Source of the DNA: Octopus vulgaris
Taxonomy: Eukaryota
Reading direction: 5' to 3'
Assembly (NCBI GenBank): GCA_951406725.2
Contig: OX597816.1
Coordinates: forward strand, 47,430,001 to 47,494,000
Length of the DNA: 64,000 nucleotides
Shown here: positions 13,625 through 26,369 of the stretch, in pieces
Position numbering within the stretch: position 1 is the stretch's first letter
Layout: the number at the start of each line of letters is the position of its first letter
Notes under the pieces: generated by a model
What the model saw: only the letters and a program-made list of their open reading frames with translations
Told to the model about the DNA's origin: nothing
Databases searched by the model: none
Position numbers and translations under genes: made by a program

Positions 13625-13820
13625 GAACCCATATAGCTTAGTGGTTAGAGTGTTTGTCTCATGATTGTAAGGTTGTGGGTTTGATTCCTGGCAATGGGTT
13701 GTCTCCTTGAGCAAGATACCTTATTTCATATTGCTCCAGTCCACTCAGCTGGCAAAAGTGAGTAGTACCTGAAATTCAAAGGGCCAGTCTTGTCACATTG
13801 AGTCTCCCTGAGAACTACAT
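13625..13820 (+). mobile_element. SINE family C
   Basis: TAGCTTAGTGGTTAG A-box, GGTTTGATTCC B-box, CTTGAGCAAG...TTGCTCCAGTCCACTCAGCTG. Confidence 0.7.
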
Positions 13821-14367
13821 TAACCCTTTAGTATTCAGATTGCTCTGTCAAATGTATTGTTTATTTATTCCCATTGCTTTGAATTTTATTTTTCAAGCCT
13901 AGCCAGGTTCATGGGCCCGGTTTCCTGGTTTCTATGGCGTATGTGCCCCCCCCCCCCACCCCAGCTGGACGGGACGCCAGTCCATTGCAGCATTACTCAA
14001 GAAACAGGAAGAAAGAGTGAGAAAAAGTTAGGGTGAAAGAGTACAAAAGGGGTCCCCACCCCACCCTGCCAGAGCCTCGTGGAGCTTTAGGTGTTTTCAC
14101 TCAATAAACACACACAATGCCCGGTCTGGGAATTGAAACCGCGATCCTCCGACCATGAGTTCACTGCCCTAACCACTGGGCCATTGCGCCTCCATTGCTT
14201 TGAATTAATCATACATAATTTTGTAGCTCCAGGATTTCAATGGTGTGTTTCTCTGTGTTGAGAATGGCATTGTCGGGTAGGTGTGAGAGGTTGGAGCTAG
14301 TCAGCTTCAACATAAAACAGGTAGAATATTTGGGCTATGTATGGCCAGATTAAATGCTAAAGGGTAA
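13820..14367. mobile_element. TTAA piggyBac-like MITE interrupted by a SINE (13886-14191)
   Basis: TTAACCCTTTAGTATT ... AATGCTAAAGGGTAAA; the inserted SINE is flanked by TSD CCATTGCTTTGAATT (13871-13885/14192-14206). Related MITE copies at ~22050-22222, ~47180-47392, ~58688-59260. Confidence 0.65.
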
Positions 14368-14660
14368 AAGCTGCCTGTGTCTGTGGAGTACTCAATCACA
14401 TGCATGTTAATTTCATTAGCAGGCTATTTTACTGATCAGATCAACTGAAACCCTCATGCTAGTTATAATGGTGACATGATGGCAGTGTCCTCTGGCTAAT
14501 GAGTCATATCCCCTATTGTTGGAACTCCACAGATATAAAGAGATTTGTGTTCTTCTGAGTCATACTAGTTCACTGCATGTCAGCACAGATTCATAGCCAA
14601 CTAAATTTTACCCCAGTGCTTTGCTACTACTGTTTTATTGACAGTATAGATGAAGAAATA

Positions 14661-15267
14661 CAGTGGGCTGAAATAAATATTCTTCACTTCATTTTTCTTA
14701 AAGATATAGGGAAATTTTGCATGGTGCTCTGGATCTTATTCTGTTTTCAACAGTTCCCAATTTTTTATATCTTTGAATAAACGAAGATATGGTAGAAAAT
14801 GGAATACAAAGGGTCTCTGATATTTTCCTGTAACTTTTACCTGCTTTCCACTGTTCAATAATTAAGTTTTTCATTGTATTTGTGAGTTCTTTACTTTTCA
14901 CCATCATTATTATACTACTTTATGTTGTGTCTGTGCTGAATGAAGAAGCTAGCGTTTTGACACTTAAAAATGACAACTGATAAGATTATTGGAACAAATG
15001 AGAAAGTTCTAGCAAAAAAAAAATATTTTAACAGTATTTTGTGGCATGGAAAATTATAAATTTATTCTGTACGAATACTTTTTTCACCCCTAAATATTTA
15101 TGATTGTATATAAATTCCTTAGTTACTATAATTTATTAGTTTCTTTTGCATATTATTAGTCTATGCATGTGCATGCAAATATAGTATTAGTATATCTCAT
15201 TTATGTTTATTAGAAATTAAATAAATAAAGAATTTTGACATGTACGAATATTTATTTCCCCCCACTG
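14661..15267 (-). mobile_element. Internally deleted Tc1 element retaining the N-terminal paired-like HTH
   Basis: TA-flanked TIRs CAGTGGG(CT)GAAATAAATATTC; ORF 14698-14907 MVKSKELT...GKSYRKISETLCIPFSTISSFIQRYKKLGTVENRIRS. Confidence 0.85.
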
Positions 15268-15626
15268 TATATTGGTCTTAGTCAGATTTGAACTCAGAAT
15301 GTAAAGATCCCACAGTAAATACTACAAACTTTCTGTCTTACATTCCAATGATTCTGCCCAGCCATAGCTTCACACATGTGCATACACACACACACAAACA
15401 TGCACGCATGCACACACACATGTACACACACACTCACATATGTGCACATGTGCATGCCACACCATAGATATATATATGCTTGCATGCATATGATTGTAAC
15501 GATACGTATGTAAGCATTTACATAGAGATGCATACATACATGCATGGGCGTACTGACATCCTTACATGGACATATAAATAAGATACATATACTCATCTGA
15601 ACACACCCACACAGACGCAAACATAT

Positions 15627-15672
<46 letters not shown>

Positions 15673-15805
15673 TATATGCATATCATACATATATATACAT
15701 ACAGACATACACACATATACATGCATACATACATGCATACATATATATATAGTGAATAATAAACAAATAACAACCAATGGATGGTGGTTCACATATATAT
15801 TTATG

Positions 15806-15872
<67 letters not shown>

Positions 15873-15943
15873 GTATATGTATGTATGTATCTATCTATCT
15901 ATCTATCTATCTATATATATATATATATATGTATATATATCTA

Positions 15944-15979
<36 letters not shown>

Positions 15980-15980
15980 T

Positions 15981-16028
<48 letters not shown>

Positions 16029-16379
16029 TCACACACACACTCTCACACACATGCACACACAAACAGTCTCTTTCGAATAGAATTTTATTTTTAGTTATAC
16101 ATATTCAAACGTGCCTCTATGGTCTCAAGCTATCAGATGTGTGCACATAAGCATTAATGCAAATGCACATGAACATATGCAAATGCATTTTGATGCACAG
16201 AAATGTGCATGAACACTGGTGTGTATGCACAAATGCACACCAGTGCATGAGTAACAAGTATACAAATAAACAAATATACAAAACAATGAAACTGCAGAAT
16301 GGGGCGACCCAAATATATTTGGATGATCACAAATTGTGTGCACCAATTACATTGGTGTATGGTTATGAATTAAAAAATA

Positions 16380-16610
16380 CACACACATGGGTTCTGGTGC
16401 CACATAAAAAGCACTGGTGATGGTGCCATATAAAAAGCACCCAGTACACCCTGTAAAGTGTTTAGCATTAGGAAGGGCATCCAGCTGTAGAAACCAGGCC
16501 AAAACAGACTATGGAACCTGATGTGGCCCCGGGCCTTGCCAGCTCCAGTCAAGCTGTTCAACCCATGCCTACATGGAAAACAGACATTAAATGATAATAA
16601 TGATGATGAT
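16380..16610 (+). mobile_element. RTE-family 3' tail with (GAT)n end
   Basis: GCATTAGGAAGGGCATCCAGCTGTAGAAAC...AACCCATGC..CATGGAAA..GACATTAAATGAT; same tail as 39190-39360. Other copies at 20222-20410, 24420-24545, 32056-32175, 33786-33915, 48225-48362. Confidence 0.75.
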
Positions 16611-16696
16611 ACTGAGCGGTAAGAAGTTTGCTTACCAACCACACTGTTCCAGGTTCAATCCCACTGTGTCACTTTAGGCAAGTGTCTTCTAGTATA

Positions 16697-17071
16697 TTGG
16701 ATGATTCAAAAGTCGCCATACATAGGAACAATTTTTCTTTTTATAAGAAGCAGTTTATAAGAACAGTTTTTAAAAATTTATTTAACAGGCTCTATATGGT
16801 TACCATTGTTTTGAATACACATTGCAATATGTTTACCCCACTCATTGTGAACTTGTAATTGCACATCTGATGATACATGTGCAAATGAGTTGGTGATGCA
16901 TTCCTTCAAATGATTTTTGCCTTTTATCTTTCCGCAATACACCATGCCTTTCAAATGCCCCCAAAGATAGAAATCAAGAGGGGTCAGATCAGAGAATCTA
17001 GGGGATCCTACAAACTGTTTCTTATAAGAAAATAAATTTTTCCTATGTATGGAGACTTTTGAATCACCCTG
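16697..17071 (-). mobile_element. Deleted Tc1/mariner-superfamily element inserted at a TA inside a SINE A
   Basis: TIRs GGATGATTCAAAAGTCGCCATACA / TGTATGGAGACTTTTGAATCACCCTG; minus strand encodes DLTPLDFYLWGHLKGMVY; SINE A halves at 16612-16695 and 17072-17140. Confidence 0.75.
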
Positions 17072-17149
17072 TAGTCCTTGGCCTACTAAAGTCTTGCGAG
17101 TGGATTTAGTATGTGTATGTAAATTGAAAGTAGTCTGTTGAATGCATAC

Positions 17150-18085
17150 ACACGAGGTGGTAGCAAAAGGCTCTTGAACTAGTTATGTTTGATAAAAAAT
17201 AACTTATTTACCATCATCGTCTTTGAAATAGTCACCTTGCTCAGCAATACACCAGTGTTCCTGTCACTTTAGGAATCCAGCCTGGAAGTAATTTTCTGTA
17301 AGCGAATTTAGGAGCTTTGTGATTTGCTCAAGATCTTGACACTGGTGTTAAAATGGCAACCTTTGAGCTACATTTTCATCTTGAGGAAGCAATGGAGATA
17401 TGTAGGTACTAAATCTGGCAAATCTGGTTAATCCAGTTGTAGAAATGAGTTGCAACGTCAAAGGTGCCAAGCTGTATTGGCCTTTGCCTTATCCCTTGGA
17501 TAACATTAGTGGTGTGGAGAGGGGAGGCTGGTATGCATGGGTGACTGCTGGCCTTCCACAAACAATCTTGCCCTGACTTGTGCCTCAGAGGGTATCTTTC
17601 TAGGTACAATCCCATGGTCATTCATGACTGAAGGGGGTCTCCTCCTCCTCAAATCTGGCAAATCTGGCAGAAGTGATACCATGTTTTTGGTGAGAAACTC
17701 ACAAGTGAGAAGAACTCGGTGACAGGGTGCATTATTGTGAAGAACCCAATTCTTCGTGCTCCACAGATCTAGTTGCTTTCACCAAATGTCCTCCCCGAAA
17801 TGCTTCAAAATGTAGAACTCTTCATTGATGGTCTGGCCCTAGGGGATGAATTCCCAATGCACAATACAAGAGATGTTGGAAAAAAACAAAGAACATGCTC
17901 TTGATTGAGCTGTGGGTATGTTGTGCCTTTTGAAATGCCCATGCTACTTGAAACATGGCATAAATCCCCTTTGCCATGTTGCTGTAAGCTTGCCCAAGCA
18001 TGCTCAATGTCTCTATAGCAGACTTCCCATGTTTAACACAAAATTTCCCGTTGGCTCTTTGTTTCAACTTCCTGTCTTTAACAAA
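17150..18085 (-). mobile_element. Decayed mariner remnant interrupted by a SINE-like insert (~17430-17640)
   Basis: ORF 17822-18145 contains KQRANGKFCVKHGKSAIETLSMLGQAY (mariner N-terminus); CACGAGGTGG terminus at 17151. Confidence 0.65.
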
Positions 18086-18254
18086 AATTGCACACCCCAG
18101 TATGTAACTGGTACTAGTTTTATTCCCCAAAAGGATGAAGGGCAAAGTCGACCTCAGTGGAATTTGAACTCAGAACCTAATGGCAGACAAAATACTGATA
18201 AGCATTTCACCTGGTGAGTTAATGATTCTGCCGGCTCACTGCCTTAATATAATA

Positions 18255-18806
18255 TAATAATATAACATAATAAAATATTTAAAAAATGTGAATGTCAGTG
18301 TGTCAGTGTGTTGCACTTTTTCAACTTTACTCTTAGAGGCTGTAGCCCAACATATACCATTTTGCAATCAGGCTGACTACATGAGTAAAAAACATTCTGG
18401 ACTGAATCCAGACCCACAATCCCGAAATTTTGGATTCCCAAGTTTTCATTACTGTGATTGCTTCCAGCGAGTTTTTCCCCTTATATTTTTGTATAATAGC
18501 AATTTTTATAATCCAAAGGCCGACTCTGTGAGTAAATAAAAAACATTCCAGGCTGAATCTGAACCTGCAATTCTGAAATTTTGGATTCCTATGCTTTCAT
18601 TACTGTAATTGTTTTCGGTGATTTTTTTTACATGATTTTTTGCAACAAATATCATCATTTTTAGGATAGGACTCTGATGGAAGTAATTGCAATAAATTCT
18701 CCAAAACAAGGCAGAGATCTGTGTGCAGATCTTCCCATTCAGGGTCAGTTGCTTAAAAGCTATACAGTAATGTAAAAACCACCCTACAGGGCGGCTTTTA
18801 AGCTAG
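18255..18806 (+). mobile_element. Non-autonomous Helitron-like element with internal ~155-bp tandem duplication
   Basis: 3' hairpin AAAACCACCC-TACA-GGGCGGCTTTT followed by CTAG|T at 18803-18806; internal repeat ~18388-18480 vs ~18538-18630. 5' end approximate. Confidence 0.55.
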
Positions 18807-18860
18807 TATATATATATGTATATTGTTGTATTCAAAAATCTTGTAAAACAAATATATAGA

Positions 18861-18909
<49 letters not shown>

Positions 18910-19275
18910 ATATATATATAATATATATACAAAATAAGAAAATAGAGGAATGTATTTTAATCAATCATCAACTGCCAGATAATACCAATTCACATAATTT
19001 ATTAATCAACTACATAGGAACATCCAGATCAAACACAAAAATAACAATAATAATACAGAACAAAACAGTACACATCAATGATTGAGGTAAAACATTTTAC
19101 CTTCGCCCATATAATACAATAAATGAATTAATTGCATTGCAATTCTTAGCATTTATGTATTAGCATTTCTGGGTGCTTTACTGGCAGTATATTGGATATA
19201 TGTTATCCCATAGAGGGTTACACTCACAACTCCTATCTCACTTTGTAATATATAATATATATATATATTATATTA

Positions 19276-19490
19276 AATTAGAGATAAAACCACTATTAGG
19301 CAAATCATACAATGAAAAACTTAAGCCAATACATAAGATTAATTAATTTATATTATTTAAATATATATCAAAATTATTAATAGTGGTTTTATCTCTAATT
19401 TAATATAATATAATATTTTACTATAAAATTGGATTCAATCCTAAATTTGATTTTTCCCTGTAAGTTTGGATTTATCCCTAATATTTTATT
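19276..19490. mobile_element. AT-rich fold-back element (same family as 54995-55415)
   Basis: AATTAGAGATAAAACCACTATTA and its reverse complement TAATAGTGGTTTTATCTCTAATT, then the shared tail TTTTTCCCTGTAAGTTTGGATTTA; abuts (TA)n. Confidence 0.7.
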
Positions 19491-19919
19491 TCCATCTTCC
19501 CCTCCGCTGGAGTCCTTTTCCTTAACCCTCCCCTTTTTTTCGTTACACACACGCGCACACATATACACACATTGCTTAAACATATACATTACTCTTACAC
19601 ACATTCAATCTACTCGCCACTAATACTACCACGACACTGGACACACACACACACTACTACTCAACACACGCTGGCACGCTACATACGCCCCCACCCCTTC
19701 CCCTCCCTCCCTTCCTCCTTCCTCCCTTTTCTTACTACTGACCTTTGTCAGCTATGCTGCTGCTATGCTGACCACCGTCTCGCCCTACCTCACACGCCTA
19801 CACACAGACGCACACACTAACACATACATATATTTTTTGTTTTTTTATCTCGCCTCACACACACACATACACACACGCACACGCACACACTCACACATAC
19901 ACACACATCTGTTGCGTTA

Positions 19920-20210
19920 CCAACCTTGTCTCCACTCTTTTGCCTTTAAAAACCCACTTTGCTCTTGTTATCGTAAACATCCGCCTTTCACCATGTGTAA
20001 CTCCTAACACCAGTCGTTTTTTTCTCTATCTCCGTTGCCCGCTCCGGGATCTTTCTTTCCTCTCTCTTCCTTCTTTGTGTTTCCGACGAAGAGCTCCGCT
20101 CGAAACGTCATACCTCCCTGCTTCCATTTCCTGAGCGCCTATTAATAATAATACTGTAATTGTTCCATTGTTGTTGTTTTTTTGTTTCCCGTTTGGATTA
20201 AAATTATATA
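19920..20210 (+). mobile_element. PLE-like terminal fragment with minimal hammerhead (20077-20113)
   Basis: GTGTTT CCGACGA A GAGC TCC GCTC GAAA CG TC ATAC followed by the CCTGAGCG...TAATAC tail ending in (TA)n; U4 of the core is C. Confidence 0.6.
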
Positions 20211-20409
20211 TATATATATATACGTGCCGGTGGCACGTAAAAAGCACCCACTACACTCTCGGAGTGGTTGGCATTAGGAAGGGCATCCAGCTGTAGAAAC
20301 TCTGCCAAATCAAGATTGGAGCCTGGTGCAACCATCTGGTTCGTCAGCTTTCAGTCAAAATCGTCCAACCCATGCTTGCAGGGAAAGCGGACGTTAAACG
20401 ATGATGATG

Positions 20410-20455
<46 letters not shown>

Positions 20456-20471
20456 ATGTGTGTGTGTATGA

Positions 20472-20512
<41 letters not shown>

Positions 20513-20596
20513 TGTATACATACATATATATATATATACATATAATACGTATATATACATATACATACATACATATATATATACATGTATATAATA

Positions 20597-20659
<63 letters not shown>

Positions 20660-20663
<4 letters not shown>

Positions 20664-21013
20664 GAATTTTATTGTGTTAATTATCCATCACAGCTGGTCT
20701 TACCAATCGGTTTTGCATGAAATATAATGGAGTGTTAAGCAACAATCCAGTTATATAATATATGTGCGCCAGAGATAGCTGATATAGAAGAGGAAACTGT
20801 GACTGTTCTCCACTGTTGGAGGTGGAAATGATTCTGACTTTTCGGCATCTCCAACTGTGGAGAACGGCCGCCATTTCCCATTCCATGTTGGCTATCTCTG
20901 ATGAGTGTATATTATATAATTGGTTTGTTGCCTAACACTCCATTATATAATATTGCATGAAACCGATTGGTAAGACCAGCCATGATGGATAATTAACACT
21001 ATAAAATTCTGAC
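20660..21013. mobile_element. Inverted-repeat element with hammerhead motif (20890-20981, +)
   Basis: Arms 20660-20790 and 20881-21013; right arm TCT CTGATGA GTGTATATTATATAAT...ATTATATAATATTGCAT GAAA CC GATT GG TA AGA. Confidence 0.7.
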
Positions 21014-21114
21014 GATATACCCACTCTACTATCAGTTATATGAGTGCATCTTCTCACTGACTTATGGTCTCTTAGATGACTCAAGCACTTTATATATATA
21101 TACACACACACACA

Positions 21115-21167
<53 letters not shown>

Positions 21168-21243
21168 GAATGTATATGTAGAGATATATGTATATAAATA
21201 CATATGCATACACACATACATATACACATAAGATTTATTATTG

Positions 21244-21332
<89 letters not shown>

Positions 21333-22374
21333 CACATATACATATATAGATGCACATATACATTTGAAAAATGAATAGTAATGTTTCTCATAATTTTTTG
21401 AATCTAGAGAGAGAAAGAGAGAGAGAGAGGGAAAGAGAGAGAGGGAGAGAGAGAGGGAAAGAGAGAGAGAAAGAAAGAGAGGAGAGGAAGAGAGTGAGAG
21501 AGAGGGAGAGGGAGAGAAAGGAATCATACATAAAAACAGAATGTATAGAAATTAAGTAATGCAGAGTAATTATCTTAAATAATTATCAACTAATACTTCT
21601 CTATTCTTTTGTTATTCTACAGAACATTTTTGTAAATTGTTATAAATTTTTATGGAGTAATCTTTGAACAAATTCTTAAGCTTATTTAAATGTTATACAT
21701 CCAAATGTCAAACCAGTAATTCCTGCCAAGTTGTTTTTCAGTATAATTCAAGCCAATTCATTCAATATTTATATAAAAACAGTTTCATTCACTCAGATTT
21801 GAATATATAAATATACATGCATTTTCCCTAGAGATAGAAGCTACTACAAGGGAGGTAATCATTCCTTCATAATACAAAGTGGGATTAGAAATGAGAATTT
21901 AAAATTGAAGAATTCCAAGGAAAAAGATGCATAGAATTTAAACTGGTCATGTCAGGCCCAAATATATGCAGTTTTGGTTACTTTATCTGATGAGTTGTAG
22001 CACACCTGAGCACCGTATACAATAAATTCATTATATATTATTATATTCTACATGTTTTGTGTTCAAGCCAGCCACAGCCAGCCTACTCTATAATGTCATT
22101 TGAAAAAATAAAGCACCACATCATTGAAACCCCAAAGCTACACGAAAATACATGATTTAATCAAAACAGTATGAATAAATATGTATTACATTTGGCAAAG
22201 TAATCGGAAAGCTTAAGGGTTAATTCATAATTTTGTTTACTTATTTTGAACTTCTTACAATTTCTAATCGGTAGTGGTTGGTGCATATACCTCAGATACC
22301 AGACTACCTGCTGCTTGGAATTGTCAGAAAGGTGATACAAAACTATCTAGCTATCAGCAGAAATACCCTTCCTC

Positions 22375-22668
22375 CTTTTCGTTTTTAGATTTGGTTTGCA
22401 AGATTCTTTATATGAGTTCGTGTGTTGAAGCATATTCTGTTGTGTCTGGGGAGAGTCATTTTCTTTTTGTGCTTTATTATGTAACACACTCACTGATAAA
22501 ATTGAAAACTATTGAAAACACCGGTAAAATTGAAAACTATTGAAAAGGTTGCAAGACGCAATGAAAATTTTAGGACAATGAAAATAAGAAAAAAGTGGAA
22601 ATTTTACCAGTGAGTGTGTTACATAATAAGGCACAAAAAGAAAATGATTCTCCCCAGACACAACAGGT
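22375..22668. mobile_element. TSD-bounded insertion with partial inverted repeat
   Basis: TSD TACCCTTCCTC at 22364-22374 and 22669-22679; inverted arms 22437-22503 / 22600-22666. Confidence 0.7.
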
Positions 22669-23232
22669 TACCCTTCCTCGTGTTTAGTCCCAAATATTTA
22701 GCGCTGTTGTCTTCAGTGTTAGCATGAGGAAAAATAGGTCAGGAATGATTGTAAAGGTGTTGGAGAAGAAATGAGTAGATACATACTTTGTAAAAAAAGA
22801 AATAAGGAGACAAGATCCAACTTGGGTAAGGAATAAAGGTACAAATTCTTCTGGAGAAAGTTTAGGCAGAGAAGAACTCACTGTAGTGTGAGATCACTAA
22901 GAAAACTCAAGATAGATGAATGGGTTGTGTGAATCATAAAAATCATTTAAAGAAATGTCATTAGCAAGGAGGAAATAAACAAATATAACGAGAAATTTAG
23001 CATACAGGTTGGTGTACACCATGGCTCGTGTTTGCAGCTCCTTTCTCTTTATTATGTTTATCCAGGCCGTAACAGAGGGATTTAATATTATTTGTCAATG
23101 TGAAATTCTACATTCCAATCACCTATTATTTGTAGTTGAATCACACAAGGATTTAGAAAGGAAATTCCAAACTGGGAAGAAAAACCTTGAATTGTGAGGT
23201 CTGAACGGATTAAAATTTTAGTTAGCAGAGTA

Positions 23233-23391
23233 GGTGTAGGAATGGGTGTGTGGTAAGTAGGTTGCTTACAAACCACATGGTTCCAGGTTCAGTTCCACTG
23301 CATGGAACCTTGGGCAAGTGTCTTCTACTATAGGCTGACGAAAGCCTTGCGAGTGGATTTGGTAGACAGAAACTGAAAGAAGCCCATTGTA

Positions 23392-23423
<32 letters not shown>

Positions 23424-23826
23424 GGGAGAATTTACGAAAAAAATAACAAAAGACGAAGACAGGTGGTGTACAAAACAAACAGATGTATTAGTATAACGCT
23501 CAGAAATAGAAAAAGTCTTTTACGTTTCGAGCCTATGCTCTTCTACAGAAAGGGACCAGAAGAAAAGAGAGAAACAAGGAGAGAAAAAAAATGTGTGTAG
23601 TGGCTAACGATCGTGTGTATACATTTGTGTGTCTGTGTTTGTCCCCCCAACATCGCTTGACAACCAATACTGGTGTGTTTATGTTTCCGTAACTTAGTGG
23701 TTCGGCAAAAGAGTCCGATAGAATAAGTACTAGGCTTACAAAGAATAAGTCCTAGGGTCGATTTGCTTGACAAAAGGCGGTGCTCTAGCATGGCCATAGT
23801 CAAATGACTGAAACAAGTAAAAGAGG
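23233..23826 (+). mobile_element. SINE family A with a PLE-like fragment (23423-23612, -) inserted in its internal (TA)n
   Basis: SINE halves flank the insert; the insert carries minus-strand CTTT CTGTAGA A GAGC ATAG GCTC GAAA CG TA AAAG (23517-23552). Confidence 0.85.
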
Positions 23827-24386
23827 GTAGATAGTAAACTAAGAAAGAGGAGTGAGTATGAATCCCATACAATGCACCGATTGCAACTATGAAGGCACAA
23901 GATGTATAGTGGGACCATAACCAGGCTGAGAGTTAAGGTATTTTTCATACATAGAAGATGTACAGGAATAGCTAGCATTAAAAATGCTCATATCAAATTT
24001 CTGTATATTGCTCTCCTCTTTTGGTTACTCTCTCATTTACCATTCACCCACCTATCCTATGAAATATCTCTTCTTCCTACTGTCATTCTATTTCTCTCTC
24101 ATCATGACGGTTGTATAATGAGGGTCATATCCCATTGAATCTGTCTGGATTCAGTTCCTTATATCTTTATTGCTAGTCATTGCTCTCTCTCTCCTTCTTT
24201 CCATTATGCGGAGGCACATGCCTTAGTGGTTAGGATATTTAACTCATGGCGCAGGAGTGGCTGTGTGGTAAGTAGCTTGCTTACCAACCACATGGTTCCG
24301 GGTTCAGTCCCACTGTGTGGCACCCTGGGCAAGTGTCTTCTATTGTAGCCTTGGGCTGACCAAGGCCTTGTGAGTGGATTTGGTAA

Positions 24387-24421
<35 letters not shown>

Positions 24422-24546
24422 CATCATCACCATCATTTGATGTCTGTTGTCTATACTGGCATGGGTTGGACAGTTTGACCAGAACTGGCAAGTTGGAAGG
24501 CAGCACCAGACCCCAGTCTGATTTGACATGGTGAGACCAGAGTCTG

Positions 24547-24574
<28 letters not shown>

Positions 24575-24577
<3 letters not shown>

Positions 24578-24720
24578 ATCAAAATAAGCAACAAGAATAT
24601 CTCCGGTAATTTGGTACGATTGTTTCACGCTACATCATTTTATTAAATATTGTAAATATTACAACAGTTTTAAAATGTTGAGCAATCATCAGCCATTAAT
24701 AGAGGTTTCCCATTGATACA
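24575..24720 (-). ncRNA. Candidate type-I hammerhead ribozyme (24610-24697) in a repeat abutting (TA)n
   Basis: Minus strand TGG CTGATGA TTGCT...long stem II...AGCGT GAAA C AATC G TA CCA; core intact, stems I and II pair. Confidence 0.6.
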
Positions 24721-25472
24721 TAATTTTCATATTAATTGATAACATTATAGAGAAGGTAGATATATAGACAAGAATGTTGGTGACATTGACTTTTGGACAG
24801 ATTAATCATCAAAATTTTGAAGTCACTATCAACAACATTCTTGTATAGGAATTATAAATTTGTACTCTGCAAAAGTATAGAGTAACCCTTCAGATTAATG
24901 TAAAATTGCTTCTTTTTTTATAACTGAACATAAAGACAAACATCATGAACATGTACAGCAGGCTTCATATTGTTTCTATCTGGGGCTACAGTAGAAGACA
25001 TTTACTTAAGATGTCATGGAGTAGAATTGAACCTAAAACCATGTGGTTAGGAAGCAAACTTACCACACAGCCACACCTTTGCCTATTGTAATAACTCTGA
25101 ATGAATTAAGGTAGGTATAGTCTTGAATGAATGCAAAATGGCACATATACATTTCATTTTCTATACGAGCTTGTTATTGTTAAGGGATTGAACTATAAAA
25201 TAATTCTTCAAAGTGAGTAATTACCTGCTTAGTAAAGGAACAAAGTACCTGGCTGCAATTCATGTGATGATAGAGCTTTTAGATCTTGTGATTCATAAAA
25301 GCATCCTCTTGCAGGAATTGTGAAGAAATGGTTAGGAAGCAATTTCAAGTATGTGGCAGTAGCTGAATGAGTGTGGGTGTCGTAAGCAAGTTTTCTTTAC
25401 CTGTACACCTGTAGCACAGGTGTGGGTGAATCATTTTGTGTCAAGCTGCATATCTGAACATAATTTTCTGTG

Positions 25473-25525
<53 letters not shown>

Positions 25526-25601
25526 ATATATATATACACACACATATATATACATATATACATATATACATATACATATATACATATATACATATATACA
25601 T

Positions 25602-25937
<336 letters not shown>

Positions 25938-25940
<3 letters not shown>

Positions 25941-26045
25941 TATAATTTAGGGTATCTAAGAGATACCTCCATGCTGGAAATAGCAGTCAAGACTTGACTG
26001 CTATTTCCAGTATGGTGTATCTCTTAGATACCCTAAATTATAATT
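25938..26045. repeat. Near-perfect 108-bp palindrome
   Basis: AATTATAATTTAGGGTATCTAAGAGATAC...GCAGTCAAG A CTTGACTGC...GTATCTCTTAGATACCCTAAATTATAATT. Confidence 0.9.
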
Positions 26046-26369
26046 TTAAATAATTATTACTTTGAAGGTTTTAATTCCCATGCTGGCCACCTGATAAGAT
26101 TGGTATTTAAATATCAATCTTATCCTTAAGTATATAAATAAATATATATATATATATTGGTGGCATGTAAAAAGCACTATGTGATCATCACCACGTCACC
26201 TTACTGGCACTTGTGCCAGTGGCATGTGAAAAAATATTCGAGTGAGGTCGTAGCCAGTGCTGCTGGACTGGCTCTTGTGCAGGTGGTACATGAAAAACAC
26301 CATTTGAGTGTGGCTGTTGCCAGTACTGCCTGACTGGCCTTCATGCCACAGTCTTTGGCCTGCTGATGT

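Noticed and set aside
21985-22035. CTGATGAG hammerhead candidate
   Set aside because: No GAAA, stem III or stem I follows; looks like a retroposon 3' end with AATAAA and a TTA-rich tail.
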